Below are positions 26,756 through 36,377 of a stretch of 60,117 bases of DNA, in pieces (within the stretch, counting starts at the first letter, position 1; each line of letters opens with the position of its first letter). This DNA is from Nannocystaceae bacterium (GTDB taxonomy: Bacteria > Myxococcota_A > Polyangia > Nannocystales > Nannocystaceae): the NCBI GenBank assembly GCA_017996215.1, contig JAGOHL010000017.1, positions 1-60,117 of the forward strand, given 5' to 3'. The notes under the pieces were generated by a model that made no database searches, was not told the origin of the DNA, and saw only the letters and a list, made by a program, of their open reading frames with translations. A program made the position numbers and the translations under genes.

Positions 26756-27826
26756 TCAGGGCAGCGTGTGCTCGGCAAAGAAATCGAGCATGCGCTCGGT
26801 GGCGTCGACGGTGTCACTGTAGGGGCCGATGAACGAGTAGCACATCTCCGGCGTGCGGCCGGGCCAGCAGTGGCCCATCGGATCGAGGGTGCACATGCGG
26901 ACGTCGCCGTCGCCGTCGCAGTCGGTCCACGTGCGGCAGCTGCCGCCGTCGAGCTCCTCGACGATCGGCTCGGGATCGCAGCCGTCGATCTCGACCCAGC
27001 GATCGATCGTCGCGTTCGCGGCGGCGATCGGCACCAGGGGATCCTGCACGCCATTGAAGGCAAACACCGGCATCGGTCGCTCGGGTGTGCAGGTGTCGAG
27101 GGGGATCTGGAGCGACCCGACCACCGGCGCCACGGCGGCGAAGAGATCCGCGGCCTCGCAGGCGAGGCGGTTCGACATGAAGCCGCCGTTCGACAGCCCC
27201 GTGGCGTAGATCCGCTGGGGGTCGACGCACGCGGCCGACGCGATGTCGGCGACCACGGCGCGGATGAAACCGACATCGTCGACGCCGCCCGCCGACGAGT
27301 TGCCGCAGCACGCACCGGCGTTCCACGAGTTGTTCAACCCCTCGGGATGGGCGACGACGATGCCGCGAGGATCGGCGGCGTCGATCATCTGCGACCACTG
27401 CGACTGCATCGTCGGGTTGGACAGGAAGCCATGCATGTTGACGATGAGCGGCGCCGAGGACTCGGCGGTCGGCGAGACGTGGAGGTAGTAGCGTCGTTCG
27501 ACACCGTCGAAGTCGAGCGTGCGCTCGTAGTCGCCGGGCGCCAGGGGCAGCTCCACGTCGCAACCCGCCGCCGGCGGGCCGCTGTCCTCCGACGAGCTGC
27601 CGTCGCTGTCGCCCGCGCCGTCGGTGGTGTCGGCCGTGGTGGGCTCGGCCGTGGTCGCGCCGCCGGTGGTCACGCCACCCTCGGTGGAGGAACCCGCAGT
27701 GCTCGCCCCGGCCTCCGAGGAGCCGGAGCTGCCGGAGCTGCTGCCGTCTTCGCTCCCGCCGCCCGAACCACCCGTCGAGCCACACGCACCAAGCACCAAG
27801 CAGATCGATCCGACGAGAGTCCGCAT
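26756..27826 (-). CDS. Extracellular PHB-depolymerase-family esterase (LpqC-like), lipoprotein
   Basis: MRTLVGSICLVLGACGSTGG signal/lipobox. Gly/Ser linker. Esterase_PHB-like core with GLSNGG (G-x-S-x-G) nucleophile elbow. Confidence 0.78.
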   Translation of the reverse strand: MRTLVGSICLVLGACGSTGGSGGGSEDGSSSGSSGSSEAGASTAGSSTEGGVTTGGATTAEPTTADTTDGAGDSDGSSSEDSGPPAAGCDVELPLAPGDYERTLDFDGVERRYYLHVSPTAESSAPLIVNMHGFLSNPTMQSQWSQMIDAADPRGIVVAHPEGLNNSWNAGACCGNSSAGGVDDVGFIRAVVADIASAACVDPQRIYATGLSNGGFMSNRLACEAADLFAAVAPVVGSLQIPLDTCTPERPMPVFAFNGVQDPLVPIAAANATIDRWVEIDGCDPEPIVEELDGGSCRTWTDCDGDGDVRMCTLDPMGHCWPGRTPEMCYSFIGPYSDTVDATERMLDFFAEHTLP

Positions 27827-27954
27827 GAGGGTGCGCTTGGGTTGGATCCGAGGCGCGCGAGGTTCCGGCGATGCCCGCGACCACGGGCGACGCCGGCTCG
27901 GACCGCGTTCGTCGAGGCTTGTCCGGGGCGAGCGCAGTGCGATCGGGCACCGCG

Positions 27955-29097
27955 TCATCGCAGGCGCTTGCTCGCCTCGAGGCGCTCGCTCGCGTAGCCC
28001 CGCTGCAGCAGCCCGCGCACGAGCCGACTCCGGTAGATCCCGCTGCCGACCAGCACGTCCATCGCGTCCTGCACCGCCAGCCGCATGGCGCTGGGCACCG
28101 CGATGTCGGCGAAGCGCCGCCGCTTCATCTGCGCGAGCGCGGCCGCGGTGCCGCCGTGCAGCGCGGCCTCACCCGCGAGCATGCCGGTGTGCAGCGCCTG
28201 CCAGATACCCTCGCCCGCGAGCGGGTCGACGTTGTAGCCGGCGTCGCCGGCCACCAAGAGTCCGGGCACGGTGTGCGGCGCCGGTGGGACCGCCAGCGGC
28301 AACGCCCAGCTGCGCGTGCGACCGACCAGCTGCGCGTGTGCGAAGCGATCGCGGTGCGTGGCCTTGAACGCCTCGAACAACGCGACCAACGAGCGGCCGT
28401 GGGCGTGGAATCGATCCGCGCGCTGGTACACGCCGACGTTCGCGACGCCATCGACAGCTGGGAAGATCCAGCCATAGCCCGCCCGCAGATCGTGCTCGAA
28501 GAAGTGCTCGGCGGCGTCGGGCCACGCGCCCGGTTCCACGCCCGTCATGTACGCCGTGAGCGCGACCGCGAGGTGTCGGCCGCGACGGTACGGCTGCCCG
28601 AGCGCGCTCTGGGCCAGCGAGCCCGGCCCGTCCGCCGCGATCACGACGTCGGCATGCAGGCACTCGCCGCCGGCGAGCTCGACCCCGGTCACGCGCGCGC
28701 CGATGCGGCGCAACCCGGTCGCGCGGACCCCCTCGCGCAGCTCCGCGCCAGCGCGCTCGAGCCCGCCGCGCAGCGCGTCGTCCAACGCGAGCCGCGGCAC
28801 GATGTAGCCCGGCCGCGCGCCGAAGCTGCGGACGATCGCACCGGCCTCGGGCAGCAACGCGACGCCGGTGTCGACCCGTGCGTGGGGCACGGCCGCCAGC
28901 GCGCTCGCGGCATCGCGTGCGCCAGTGAACTCCGCGAACAGCTCGGCGGCGCGGTTCGAGATCGCGTCGCCGCAGGTCTTCGGCCGCGGAAATCTCGCGC
29001 GATCGATCACGATCACGCGCGCGCCGGCGCGCGCGACCACCGTGCCCGCCGCGCAGCCGGCCGGCCCGGCGCCGATGATCACGACATCGATGGGCAT
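27955..29097 (-). CDS. Geranylgeranyl reductase family / FAD-dependent oxidoreductase
   Basis: N-terminal FAD motif MPIDVVIIGAGPAGCAAG. GGR-family features (RPKTCGDAIS, GDAGYNVDPLAGEGI). The start lies 3 nt downstream of the arylsulfotransferase stop. Confidence 0.82.
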   Translation of the reverse strand: MPIDVVIIGAGPAGCAAGTVVARAGARVIVIDRARFPRPKTCGDAISNRAAELFAEFTGARDAASALAAVPHARVDTGVALLPEAGAIVRSFGARPGYIVPRLALDDALRGGLERAGAELREGVRATGLRRIGARVTGVELAGGECLHADVVIAADGPGSLAQSALGQPYRRGRHLAVALTAYMTGVEPGAWPDAAEHFFEHDLRAGYGWIFPAVDGVANVGVYQRADRFHAHGRSLVALFEAFKATHRDRFAHAQLVGRTRSWALPLAVPPAPHTVPGLLVAGDAGYNVDPLAGEGIWQALHTGMLAGEAALHGGTAAALAQMKRRRFADIAVPSAMRLAVQDAMDVLVGSGIYRSRLVRGLLQRGYASERLEASKRLR

Positions 29098-29100
29098 GCG

Positions 29101-30714
29101 TCAGCGGGCCGCCACGCCGACGAGGCGATCGTTGGCGGTCGTGCGGTAGATCCACCGGTTGTCGGGGGTGGTGAACGACCAGATGCGCGTGGGGTCGTGG
29201 CTCTCGTCGAGCTCGCGCACGCGCGCGTTGACCTGGCCCTGGGCGCCGAAGATCGCGGCGTCGGTCACCAGCAGGTGGCCACCGGCGATGCGATCGGCGT
29301 CGCCGGCGAAGATCACCTGGAACGGTGGCTCGTCGTCCTCCCACGCCACGCTCGCGGTCATGCCGACGTCGTCGAGTGCGTAGCGGACCGCACGGGTCTC
29401 GACCGCCAGCGGCGAGATGTACGGGTTGCCGTTGCCGTTGTCGAACAGCAACAGCGTGCCGTCGTCCTGCCACTGCGGCGCGTGCTGGTGGAAGAACCAC
29501 GTGTCGCCACCATCGAGGGCGAAGTCGCCTTCGTCACCCAAGCGCCACAGCACGTCGCCGGTCGCGTAGTCGATCGCGATGATCCAGTCCTGGTGACGCA
29601 GGGACATCGTGATCACACCGGTGGTCTCGTCGAGCAACACCGCGTTGGCATGGGTCCAGTCGAGCGCACTCTCGCCATCGACGGGATTGACGATGAGGTC
29701 CTCGCCGTTCTCGCGGCGCCGCTGCGGATCGAGGTGATCGAACGAGTTCCAGCTCCACACCACATCGCCGTCGAGGGTGAACTCGACGATGGTGTCACCG
29801 ACGGTGTAGCGGGTGCCGAGGTCGGGGTAGTCGACGTCGCGGAAGTCCTGCGAGATGGCCATGAAGTTGCCGTTCGACAGCTCGATGACGTCGTGGTGCA
29901 GCGTCGGCAGCCCGAGGTCGACGGCGTGGATCTCGGTGAGCACGTTGCCGAGCTCGTCGCGGATCCAGAACGTGTCGCCGCTGATGCCGAGGATCGTGCC
30001 GTCGGCGCGCAGCCGCACGGCCACCCACACCGCCGGCGGACCCACCAGGGTCGTGGGCGCCGAGAGGTACCAGCGGGTGATGCCGGCCGGATCGATCATG
30101 ATCGCACCCGCGAAGTCGCCGGCCGGCCACGGGTTCCAGTCCGACATGCGAAAGAGCGGCGCAGGCTCGACGTCGCTGGTCTCGAGCGCGAAGGCGCCGA
30201 CGAAGCCGTTCAACGCCGCCGGCGTCTCGAACTCGACCTCACCGCTCGTAGCCGCGCCGCCCTCGGTGGCCGCGACCTCGAACTGCAGCGTGTGCATGGT
30301 CGCCGGTGCCAGGCCACGCACGCGGAAGTGCAGGTGCGTGTCGTCGCCGCCCTCGGTCGCCGCGATCACCACGCCCTGATCGGTGGCGTGTGCGACGCTC
30401 GCCGAGCCGGCCGCGCTCAGCGTCAGCACGAGATCGGCGACCATCGGCTGGCCGTCGTAGGTGGTGATCTCGGCCTCGACCTCGATCGGCACCACGCCGC
30501 TCGAGCTGTCGGCCGCGCTGCTCGAGCTGTCGGCCGACGTGGTCGTCGCGCTCGTCATCGTGGTCGATGCAGTGGTGGTCGCGGTCTCGCTGCCGCCGTC
30601 ACTCGACGACGACGACGACGCGCCGGCCTCGTCGGCGGCGGCACCATCGTCGGCGCAGCCGGGGGCAAAGGGCACGAGCGCGAGCGAAATCCAAGTCTTC
30701 GTCAGGGCCTTCAT
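29101..30714 (-). CDS. Arylsulfotransferase (ASST) family protein, lipoprotein
   Basis: MKALTKTWISLALVPFAPGCADDG signal/lipobox. Ser/Thr-rich linker. ASST-like beta-propeller region (HHDVIELSNGNFMAIS...WTHANAVLLDETTGVITMSLRHQDWIIAID). Confidence 0.75.
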   Translation of the reverse strand: MKALTKTWISLALVPFAPGCADDGAAADEAGASSSSSSDGGSETATTTASTTMTSATTTSADSSSSAADSSSGVVPIEVEAEITTYDGQPMVADLVLTLSAAGSASVAHATDQGVVIAATEGGDDTHLHFRVRGLAPATMHTLQFEVAATEGGAATSGEVEFETPAALNGFVGAFALETSDVEPAPLFRMSDWNPWPAGDFAGAIMIDPAGITRWYLSAPTTLVGPPAVWVAVRLRADGTILGISGDTFWIRDELGNVLTEIHAVDLGLPTLHHDVIELSNGNFMAISQDFRDVDYPDLGTRYTVGDTIVEFTLDGDVVWSWNSFDHLDPQRRRENGEDLIVNPVDGESALDWTHANAVLLDETTGVITMSLRHQDWIIAIDYATGDVLWRLGDEGDFALDGGDTWFFHQHAPQWQDDGTLLLFDNGNGNPYISPLAVETRAVRYALDDVGMTASVAWEDDEPPFQVIFAGDADRIAGGHLLVTDAAIFGAQGQVNARVRELDESHDPTRIWSFTTPDNRWIYRTTANDRLVGVAAR

Positions 30715-30831
30715 GGGGGCCCTTGGAGCCTGCCACATCGGCGCGTGGCGAGCGTGGGACGGCGCTCGTGCGTTCTCACCCACCCTCGTCGATGCGTTCG
30801 TGGCACGGAACCACTGGTGTCGCGGCCAAGG

Positions 30832-31764
30832 CTACGAGCCTGCGTTGCAGCGACCCAGCACGCAGCGCGCCCCCGAAGGGCAGCCAGCATCGACGACGCA
30901 CTCGCGGTCGCCGGACAGGCACGCCCCGACCTCGCAGCGGGTGCCGCCGGGGCAATCGCCGTCCTTCCAGCAGTGGCGCGCGCCGCCGAGGCAGCGACCG
31001 AACTCGCACCGCGCCTCGCCCTCGCAGTCGAGATCGCGCTCGCACTCGCGCTTGCCGGTCGCGCAGCGGCCCATCTCGCAGCGACGCTCGCCGCCGCAGT
31101 CGCGATCGACCATGCACTGCCTCGTGCCCTCGGTGCAGCGATTGAACTGGCACCGCTTGCCGGCGGCGCAGTCGGCATCGCGCAGGCAGTCGCGACCGCC
31201 CTCGACGCAGCGACCGAACACGCAGCGACGCTCGTTGCTCGCGCCGCAGTCGACGTCGAGCAGGCACTCGCCCGCGGTCGCGACACAGGCCCCGAACATG
31301 CACAGCTGATCGCTCTCGGGGCACGCTCGTCCGTCGCCGCAGCTGCGCACACCTGGCAGGCAGGTCGATTGCTCGCAGCGCGCAGCGGCGCCGCAGTCGT
31401 CGTCCTTCTCGCAGTTGTGCTCGCCGTCGACGCAGAAGCCCCCGTTGCAGCGCTCCCACGGACTGCACTCCGCATCACGCTTGCACGTGGTCAGCACGAT
31501 CTCGCCGCCACCACCGGGCCCCGGTGGCAGACGGATCTCGTGGGGCAGCTCGGGCGGAGGTTGGGTTGTCGTCGCGTCGGGCGTCCCCTCGGATGCGACC
31601 GTGGGCGGCTTCGGACGCGGCGTCACGGGGCCGGGCGTCCGCGGCGGAGCGGGTCGCTCGACCCGCACCGCCGGCGTGGTCGTGCGCGGCCGGACCACGA
31701 CCCACGCAGTGGTCCCGACCACCGTCGTCGCCGCCGCCACCAGGGCCCATCCGACCAGACGCAT
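30832..31764 (-). CDS. Secreted protein with ~12 tandem Cys-rich repeats (D.DC....RC..G.C..G.R.C)
   Basis: TM/signal MRLVGWALVAAATTVVGTTAWVVV. Pro-rich linker. 12 or more copies of a ~24-aa module with 4 Cys each. Confidence 0.72.
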   Translation of the reverse strand: MRLVGWALVAAATTVVGTTAWVVVRPRTTTPAVRVERPAPPRTPGPVTPRPKPPTVASEGTPDATTTQPPPELPHEIRLPPGPGGGGEIVLTTCKRDAECSPWERCNGGFCVDGEHNCEKDDDCGAAARCEQSTCLPGVRSCGDGRACPESDQLCMFGACVATAGECLLDVDCGASNERRCVFGRCVEGGRDCLRDADCAAGKRCQFNRCTEGTRQCMVDRDCGGERRCEMGRCATGKRECERDLDCEGEARCEFGRCLGGARHCWKDGDCPGGTRCEVGACLSGDRECVVDAGCPSGARCVLGRCNAGS

Positions 31765-31916
31765 GCAGGTGAGCACGATGGTAGTGCATCGAGTGCGCCG
31801 TTGCGAACCCAACGCCCGGGCGTGGGTGCTCGCGATGCCAGTGTCACTGGTGTCGTTTGGGGTGTCGCTCGGGGCATCGCTCGGGGCGTCGCCTGGGGGT
31901 GCTACGATCGCGCGCC

Positions 31917-32711
31917 ATGTCCGGTTCCGATCGCGTCCTTCTCACCGTGACCGAGCACGTCGCCCACGTGCGACTGAACCGCCCCGACAAGCGCAACGGT
32001 CTCGACTTCGCGATGTTCGACGCGTTGGTGCGCACGGGGCTGTCGCTGCGCGATCGCGGCGACGTGCGGGCGGTGGTGCTGTCGGGCGAGGGCAAGGCCT
32101 TCTGCGCCGGGCTCGATTGGATGGCGTTCCTCGGCGGTGATGCCTCGCGCCGCGCCGAGCTGTTGCTGCGCGACGACGACAGCCCGGCCAACCTCGCCCA
32201 GCGCGCGTGCTGGATCTGGACCGAGCTCTCGATGCCGGTCATCGCGGTGGTGCACGGCGCGACCTTCGGTGGCGGCCTGCAGCTGGCGCTCGCGGCCGAC
32301 CTGCGGCTGCTCGCCCGCGACGCGCAGCTGTCGGTGATGGAGATCCGCTACGGCCTCGTGCCCGACATGACCGCGTCGCAGACGCTGCTCCGACTGGTGC
32401 GAGACGACCTGGCGCGCGAGCTGGTCTACACCGGCCGCGTGGTCGAGGCCGAAGAGGCGGTGCGCCTGGGGCTCGGCACCCGCGTGTGCGACGATCCGCT
32501 GGCCGAGGCACTGGCGCTGGCGCGCACCATCGCGGGCGCGTCGCCCTCGGCGATGCGCAGCGCCAAGCAGCTGTGCACGACCTCACCGCAGCTGTCGACC
32601 GCCGACGCGCTGCGGCTCGAGACCGAGCTACAGCTGGGCCTGCTCGGCACCGCCGAGCAGATGGAGGCGGTCAGCGCCTCGATGCAGAAGCGCGTGCCGG
32701 TGTTCGAGTAG
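31917..32711 (+). CDS. Enoyl-CoA hydratase/isomerase (crotonase) family protein
   Basis: VAHVRLNRPDKRNGLDFAMFDAL...VVLSGEGKAFCAGLD...AVVHGATFGGGLQLALAADLRL are classic crotonase motifs. Confidence 0.85.
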   Translation: MSGSDRVLLTVTEHVAHVRLNRPDKRNGLDFAMFDALVRTGLSLRDRGDVRAVVLSGEGKAFCAGLDWMAFLGGDASRRAELLLRDDDSPANLAQRACWIWTELSMPVIAVVHGATFGGGLQLALAADLRLLARDAQLSVMEIRYGLVPDMTASQTLLRLVRDDLARELVYTGRVVEAEEAVRLGLGTRVCDDPLAEALALARTIAGASPSAMRSAKQLCTTSPQLSTADALRLETELQLGLLGTAEQMEAVSASMQKRVPVFE

Positions 32712-32745
32712 CGACGGCGCACGCGGCCGAGCCTTCGGCCCGTGC

Positions 32746-33771
32746 TCAGGCCGGGCGCAGCAGCTCGACCGCGAACCACTGCCGCTCGTCGGTCCACGCG
32801 CGATCGACCCGCAGGCCCGCCGCGCGGGCCATCAGCGCGAAATCGTGGGGCCGGTACTTGTGCGAGTACTCGGTGACGATCGACTCGCCGTCGCGGAAGC
32901 GGAACCGCTGCCCGGCGACGGTGACGATCTGCGCGCAGGTCGATACCAGCGTCATCACCACCCGCGACTGTGCATCGTCGACGAACGCGCGGTGGCGGAA
33001 GCGCATCGGCTCGAAGTCAGCCCCGAGCTCGCGGTTGATGCGATGCAGCAGGTTGAGGTTGAACTCCGCGGTCACGCCGGCGGCGTCGTCGTAGGCGGGC
33101 TCGAGGATGGTCGGCGACTTCATCAGGTCGATGCCGATGAGCACCGCACCACCGGGGCCGGCCATGTGACGCATGCTCTCGAGCAGGGCGATGGCCCGCG
33201 GGCGCTCGAAGTTGCCGATCGTCGAGCCGGGGAAGTAGACCACCCGCGGGGCCGGCACCGCGGGCAACGGCAGCGGTCGCATGAAGTCGCCCGCGACCGG
33301 GAGGATCTCGATCGCGGGGTACTGTCGCCGCAGGCCGACCGCGGTGGCCTCGAGGTGCTCGCGCGAGATGTCGACCGGGACGTAGCTGCGCGGCCGATCG
33401 AGCGCATCGAGCAGCAGCCGGCTCTTGGTCGAGCTGCCGCTGCCGAGCTCGATGATGCTCGCGCCGGGGCCGATCGCATCGGCCATCGCGCCGGCGTACT
33501 CGGCCATCAGCGCCAGCTCGGTGCGAGTGACGTAGTACTCGGGCAGATCGCAGATCGCGTCGAACAGCGCCGAGCCGCGCTCGTCGTAGAAGAACTCGGT
33601 CGGCAGGCGCTTGTCGGGCCGCGCGAGCCCCTCGAGCACGAGCGCACGGAAGCGGTCGACACCGGCGAGCGCGTTGGCGGGCTCTTGATCGAGCACCGCC
33701 GTGGAGTCGGCGAACGCGTCGTCGCGGTCGAGGCCTTGCCGCGCGGTGCGGGGCGATGCTGGACGTGTCAT
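32746..33771 (-). CDS. egtD: L-histidine N(alpha)-methyltransferase EgtD (ergothioneine biosynthesis)
   Basis: LPTEFFYDERGSALFDAICDLPEYYVTRTE, IIELGSGSSTKSRLLL, YVPVDISREHL, VYFPGSTIGNF are diagnostic of EgtD. ATGA overlap with egtB. Confidence 0.88.
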   Translation of the reverse strand: MTRPASPRTARQGLDRDDAFADSTAVLDQEPANALAGVDRFRALVLEGLARPDKRLPTEFFYDERGSALFDAICDLPEYYVTRTELALMAEYAGAMADAIGPGASIIELGSGSSTKSRLLLDALDRPRSYVPVDISREHLEATAVGLRRQYPAIEILPVAGDFMRPLPLPAVPAPRVVYFPGSTIGNFERPRAIALLESMRHMAGPGGAVLIGIDLMKSPTILEPAYDDAAGVTAEFNLNLLHRINRELGADFEPMRFRHRAFVDDAQSRVVMTLVSTCAQIVTVAGQRFRFRDGESIVTEYSHKYRPHDFALMARAAGLRVDRAWTDERQWFAVELLRPA

Positions 33772-35066
33772 GGATCCCTCACGAGTCGAATGCCCGAGAA
33801 CTGCCAGCGTGCAGCCGGGTCGAAGAAGTTGCGGTACGTCGGGCGGACGTGCGAGCCCGGTGTGACACAAGATCCACCACGCAGCACGAACTGGTTGCAC
33901 ATGAATTTTCCGTTGTACTCGCCGAGTGCACCGGCGGGCGCGCGGTATCCGGGGTAGCCCCCATACGCGCTGGCAGTCCACTCCCAGGCATCGCCGAACA
34001 GCTGGGCGGGAAGCGAGGTCGCGGTGTCGCAATCCGTCACGGGGCACGGATGCAACCCGCCCACCTCGACGAAGTTACCGACCATCGGAGCGCCCGCCGC
34101 GATCGACTCCCACTCCTGCTCGGTCGGCAGGCGTGCGTCGGCCCAGCGTGCATAGGCATCGGCCTCGAAGTAGCTGACGTGGGTCACCGGCGCCGCGAGC
34201 TCGAGCGGGCGCTGGCCGGCGAGCGTGAACTCCTCGAAGCCATCACCGGTCGCGCGCCAGTACGCGGGCGCGTCCCAGCCGTGCGTCATCACGGTGTCGT
34301 AGCCGATCGACAGCCACAGCTCGGGCCGGCGATAGCCGCCGTCCTCGACGAATGCGAGGAACTCGCCGTTGGTCACCAGCCGCGAGGCCAGCGCGAACGG
34401 CTGCAAGAACGCGCGGTGACGCGGGCCCTCGTTGTCGAAGGCGAAGCCGCGGCCGTCATGGCCGATCTCGACCACGCCGCCGTCGTCGGGCAGCCATCGC
34501 AGCGGTGTCGTCGCGACCGCTGGCCGCGTCGGCTGTTCGCGGTACACCGGCGCGATCTGGTTGCACGCGAACGCATGCAGCAGATCGGTGAGGATCAGCT
34601 CCTGATGCTGCTGCTCGTGGTGCAGCCCCAGCTCCACGATCGCGAGCACTGCAGGCGGCAACGTGCCGGCCGCGAGCGCCCGATCGATCGCGTCGTCGAC
34701 GTGGGCGCGGAACGCCAGCACATCGGTGAGACCCGGACGCGAGAGCACGCCGCGGGACGGCCGCGGATGGGCCGGACCGACCGACACGTAGTAGGAATTG
34801 AACAGCGCGGCGTAGCGTTCATCGAGCGGTCGGTAGCGCGGCACGTGGGGCCGCAGCACGAAGGTCTCGAAGAACCACGCGGTATGGGCGAGGTGCCACT
34901 TCACCGGGCTGGCGTCCGGCATCGACTGGATCTGCATGTCCTCGGGCGACAGACCTGCGGTCAGCGCCGAGGTGGCCGAGCGCACCGCTTGGTAGCTCGC
35001 GCGGGGATCGTCGGCGAAGGCCTGCGTGAGCGCGCGAGGAGGCGGCACGTGGGACGCATTCGTCAT
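33768..35066 (-). CDS. egtB: Ergothioneine biosynthesis protein EgtB (hercynine oxygenase; DinB_2 + FGE-sulfatase domains)
   Basis: DinB-like N-domain (HLAHTAWFFETFVL, HHEQQHQELILTDL). FGE-sulfatase C-domain (VSYFEADAYARWADARLPTEQEWE...GDAWEWTASAYGGYPGY...RGGSCVT). Confidence 0.88.
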   Translation of the reverse strand: MTNASHVPPPRALTQAFADDPRASYQAVRSATSALTAGLSPEDMQIQSMPDASPVKWHLAHTAWFFETFVLRPHVPRYRPLDERYAALFNSYYVSVGPAHPRPSRGVLSRPGLTDVLAFRAHVDDAIDRALAAGTLPPAVLAIVELGLHHEQQHQELILTDLLHAFACNQIAPVYREQPTRPAVATTPLRWLPDDGGVVEIGHDGRGFAFDNEGPRHRAFLQPFALASRLVTNGEFLAFVEDGGYRRPELWLSIGYDTVMTHGWDAPAYWRATGDGFEEFTLAGQRPLELAAPVTHVSYFEADAYARWADARLPTEQEWESIAAGAPMVGNFVEVGGLHPCPVTDCDTATSLPAQLFGDAWEWTASAYGGYPGYRAPAGALGEYNGKFMCNQFVLRGGSCVTPGSHVRPTYRNFFDPAARWQFSGIRLVRDP

Positions 35067-35195
35067 CGGGGCCCGCGAGGTTACCGACCGCAGTCGAAAG
35101 CCGGCGCAGCAATCGACCCCGCGAACACGAGCACGCTCACGGCGAGCGGTGCGATCCTGCCCTCGGCGCGATCACGGTTACACGCGTGCAACACC

Positions 35196-36164
35196 ATGGC
35201 GGTGGACGTGGCGCGATCATCGACGCTCGTCGGCGTGCTCGTGCTCGCAGCCTGCGTGCCGCTCGTGGACGGCACGGTCGCGCAGTCCGAGCCGCAGAGC
35301 ACGGGTGAGCTCGGCGGCGACGCGCTCGACCCCTCGGCCACGAACGCCGAGTCCGGCGCCACCACGCCGCCCGATGCCAGCACTGGCGATGGCACCGACG
35401 GCGCCGGCACCACCAGGGGCTCCGACGCCGAGGGCAGCACGGGCGTGCACGCCACCGACGGCTCCGACGGCAGCAATGACAGCAGCGGCAGCAACGGCGA
35501 GACGAGCGACCCCGACGGGTCGTCGTCGACCACCGCGTCGCCGCCCGCCGAGCTCGCGCACTATCGCATTCGCATCGACAACACATGGTCGGAGCGCACC
35601 CACCCCGGCACGGATCCCAGCTTGGTGCCCGAGTACGCGCACTTCTCGTGGCTCGGCGGCGCGACCCACGACGACGGCGCGGATTTCTGGGAGCTCGGTG
35701 CGCTCGCGAGCCCGGGCATGGTCCAGATGGCCGAGAGCGGCCTGACGCTGGTGTTGATGGACGAGGTCCAGGCTGCGATCGACGGCGGCCATGCCGACGC
35801 CGCACTCAGCTGGCAGCAGTGGTTTTGTCCGCCCGCGACCGACGTGCCCGGCTGCGGCGAGCCCGAGGTCGAGATCGACGTCACGCAGGCCTTCTCCCGC
35901 GTGACGCTGGTGAGCATGCTGGGACCGAGCCCCGATCTGTTCATCGGTGTCGACGGCCTGTCGCTGTTCGTCGACGGCGCGTGGGTGCAGACCCTCGTCG
36001 TCGACCTGCACCCCTACGACGGCGGCACCCGGAGCGACCACGACTTCACGATGGATGGCGCGCTGCAGCTGCCACCGCTGCCGATCAGCGTCATCGCGTC
36101 GACCGACGACCACATCCTGGGCCCCGGCTCGCTCGGCACGATGACGTTCGAACGGCTGTGGTGA
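35196..36164 (+). CDS. Spondin_N domain-containing lipoprotein
   Basis: MAVDVARSSTLVGVLVLAACVPL signal/lipobox. Gly/Ser/Asp-rich linker. AHYRIRIDNTWSERTHPG...FSWLGGATH matches the bacterial spondin N-terminal domain. Confidence 0.78.
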   Translation: MAVDVARSSTLVGVLVLAACVPLVDGTVAQSEPQSTGELGGDALDPSATNAESGATTPPDASTGDGTDGAGTTRGSDAEGSTGVHATDGSDGSNDSSGSNGETSDPDGSSSTTASPPAELAHYRIRIDNTWSERTHPGTDPSLVPEYAHFSWLGGATHDDGADFWELGALASPGMVQMAESGLTLVLMDEVQAAIDGGHADAALSWQQWFCPPATDVPGCGEPEVEIDVTQAFSRVTLVSMLGPSPDLFIGVDGLSLFVDGAWVQTLVVDLHPYDGGTRSDHDFTMDGALQLPPLPISVIASTDDHILGPGSLGTMTFERLW

Positions 36165-36377
36165 TGGCCCCCGCACGCGGGGATGGTTTCGAGCGGGCGC
36201 CGGCGGCACATCGTTTGGGTCGATCGCGGGATTTCTCGACCTCGACGGGGGCAACGACGCGTCGTCGGTGATACACCTCGGCCCACGATGGGGGGTTCGA
36301 GCAAGCTTCGCCGCACACTCGCAACGCATCGCTCGCAGGGCCGTGGGTCCACGCGCGGGTTCTCGCCGTGGCGCACG

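Noticed and set aside
27871-31950. 1359-aa plus-strand ORF
   Set aside because: Antisense across the ASST–GGR–esterase operon and the Cys-rich repeat gene. Composition is junk-like (R/A/G/V/D). The minus-strand genes have clear domains.
33756-35195. N-terminal ~480 aa of the plus-strand ORF 33756-36164
   Set aside because: Antisense to egtB and egtD. Only the part from ATG 35196 (spondin_N lipoprotein with signal peptide) is credible.
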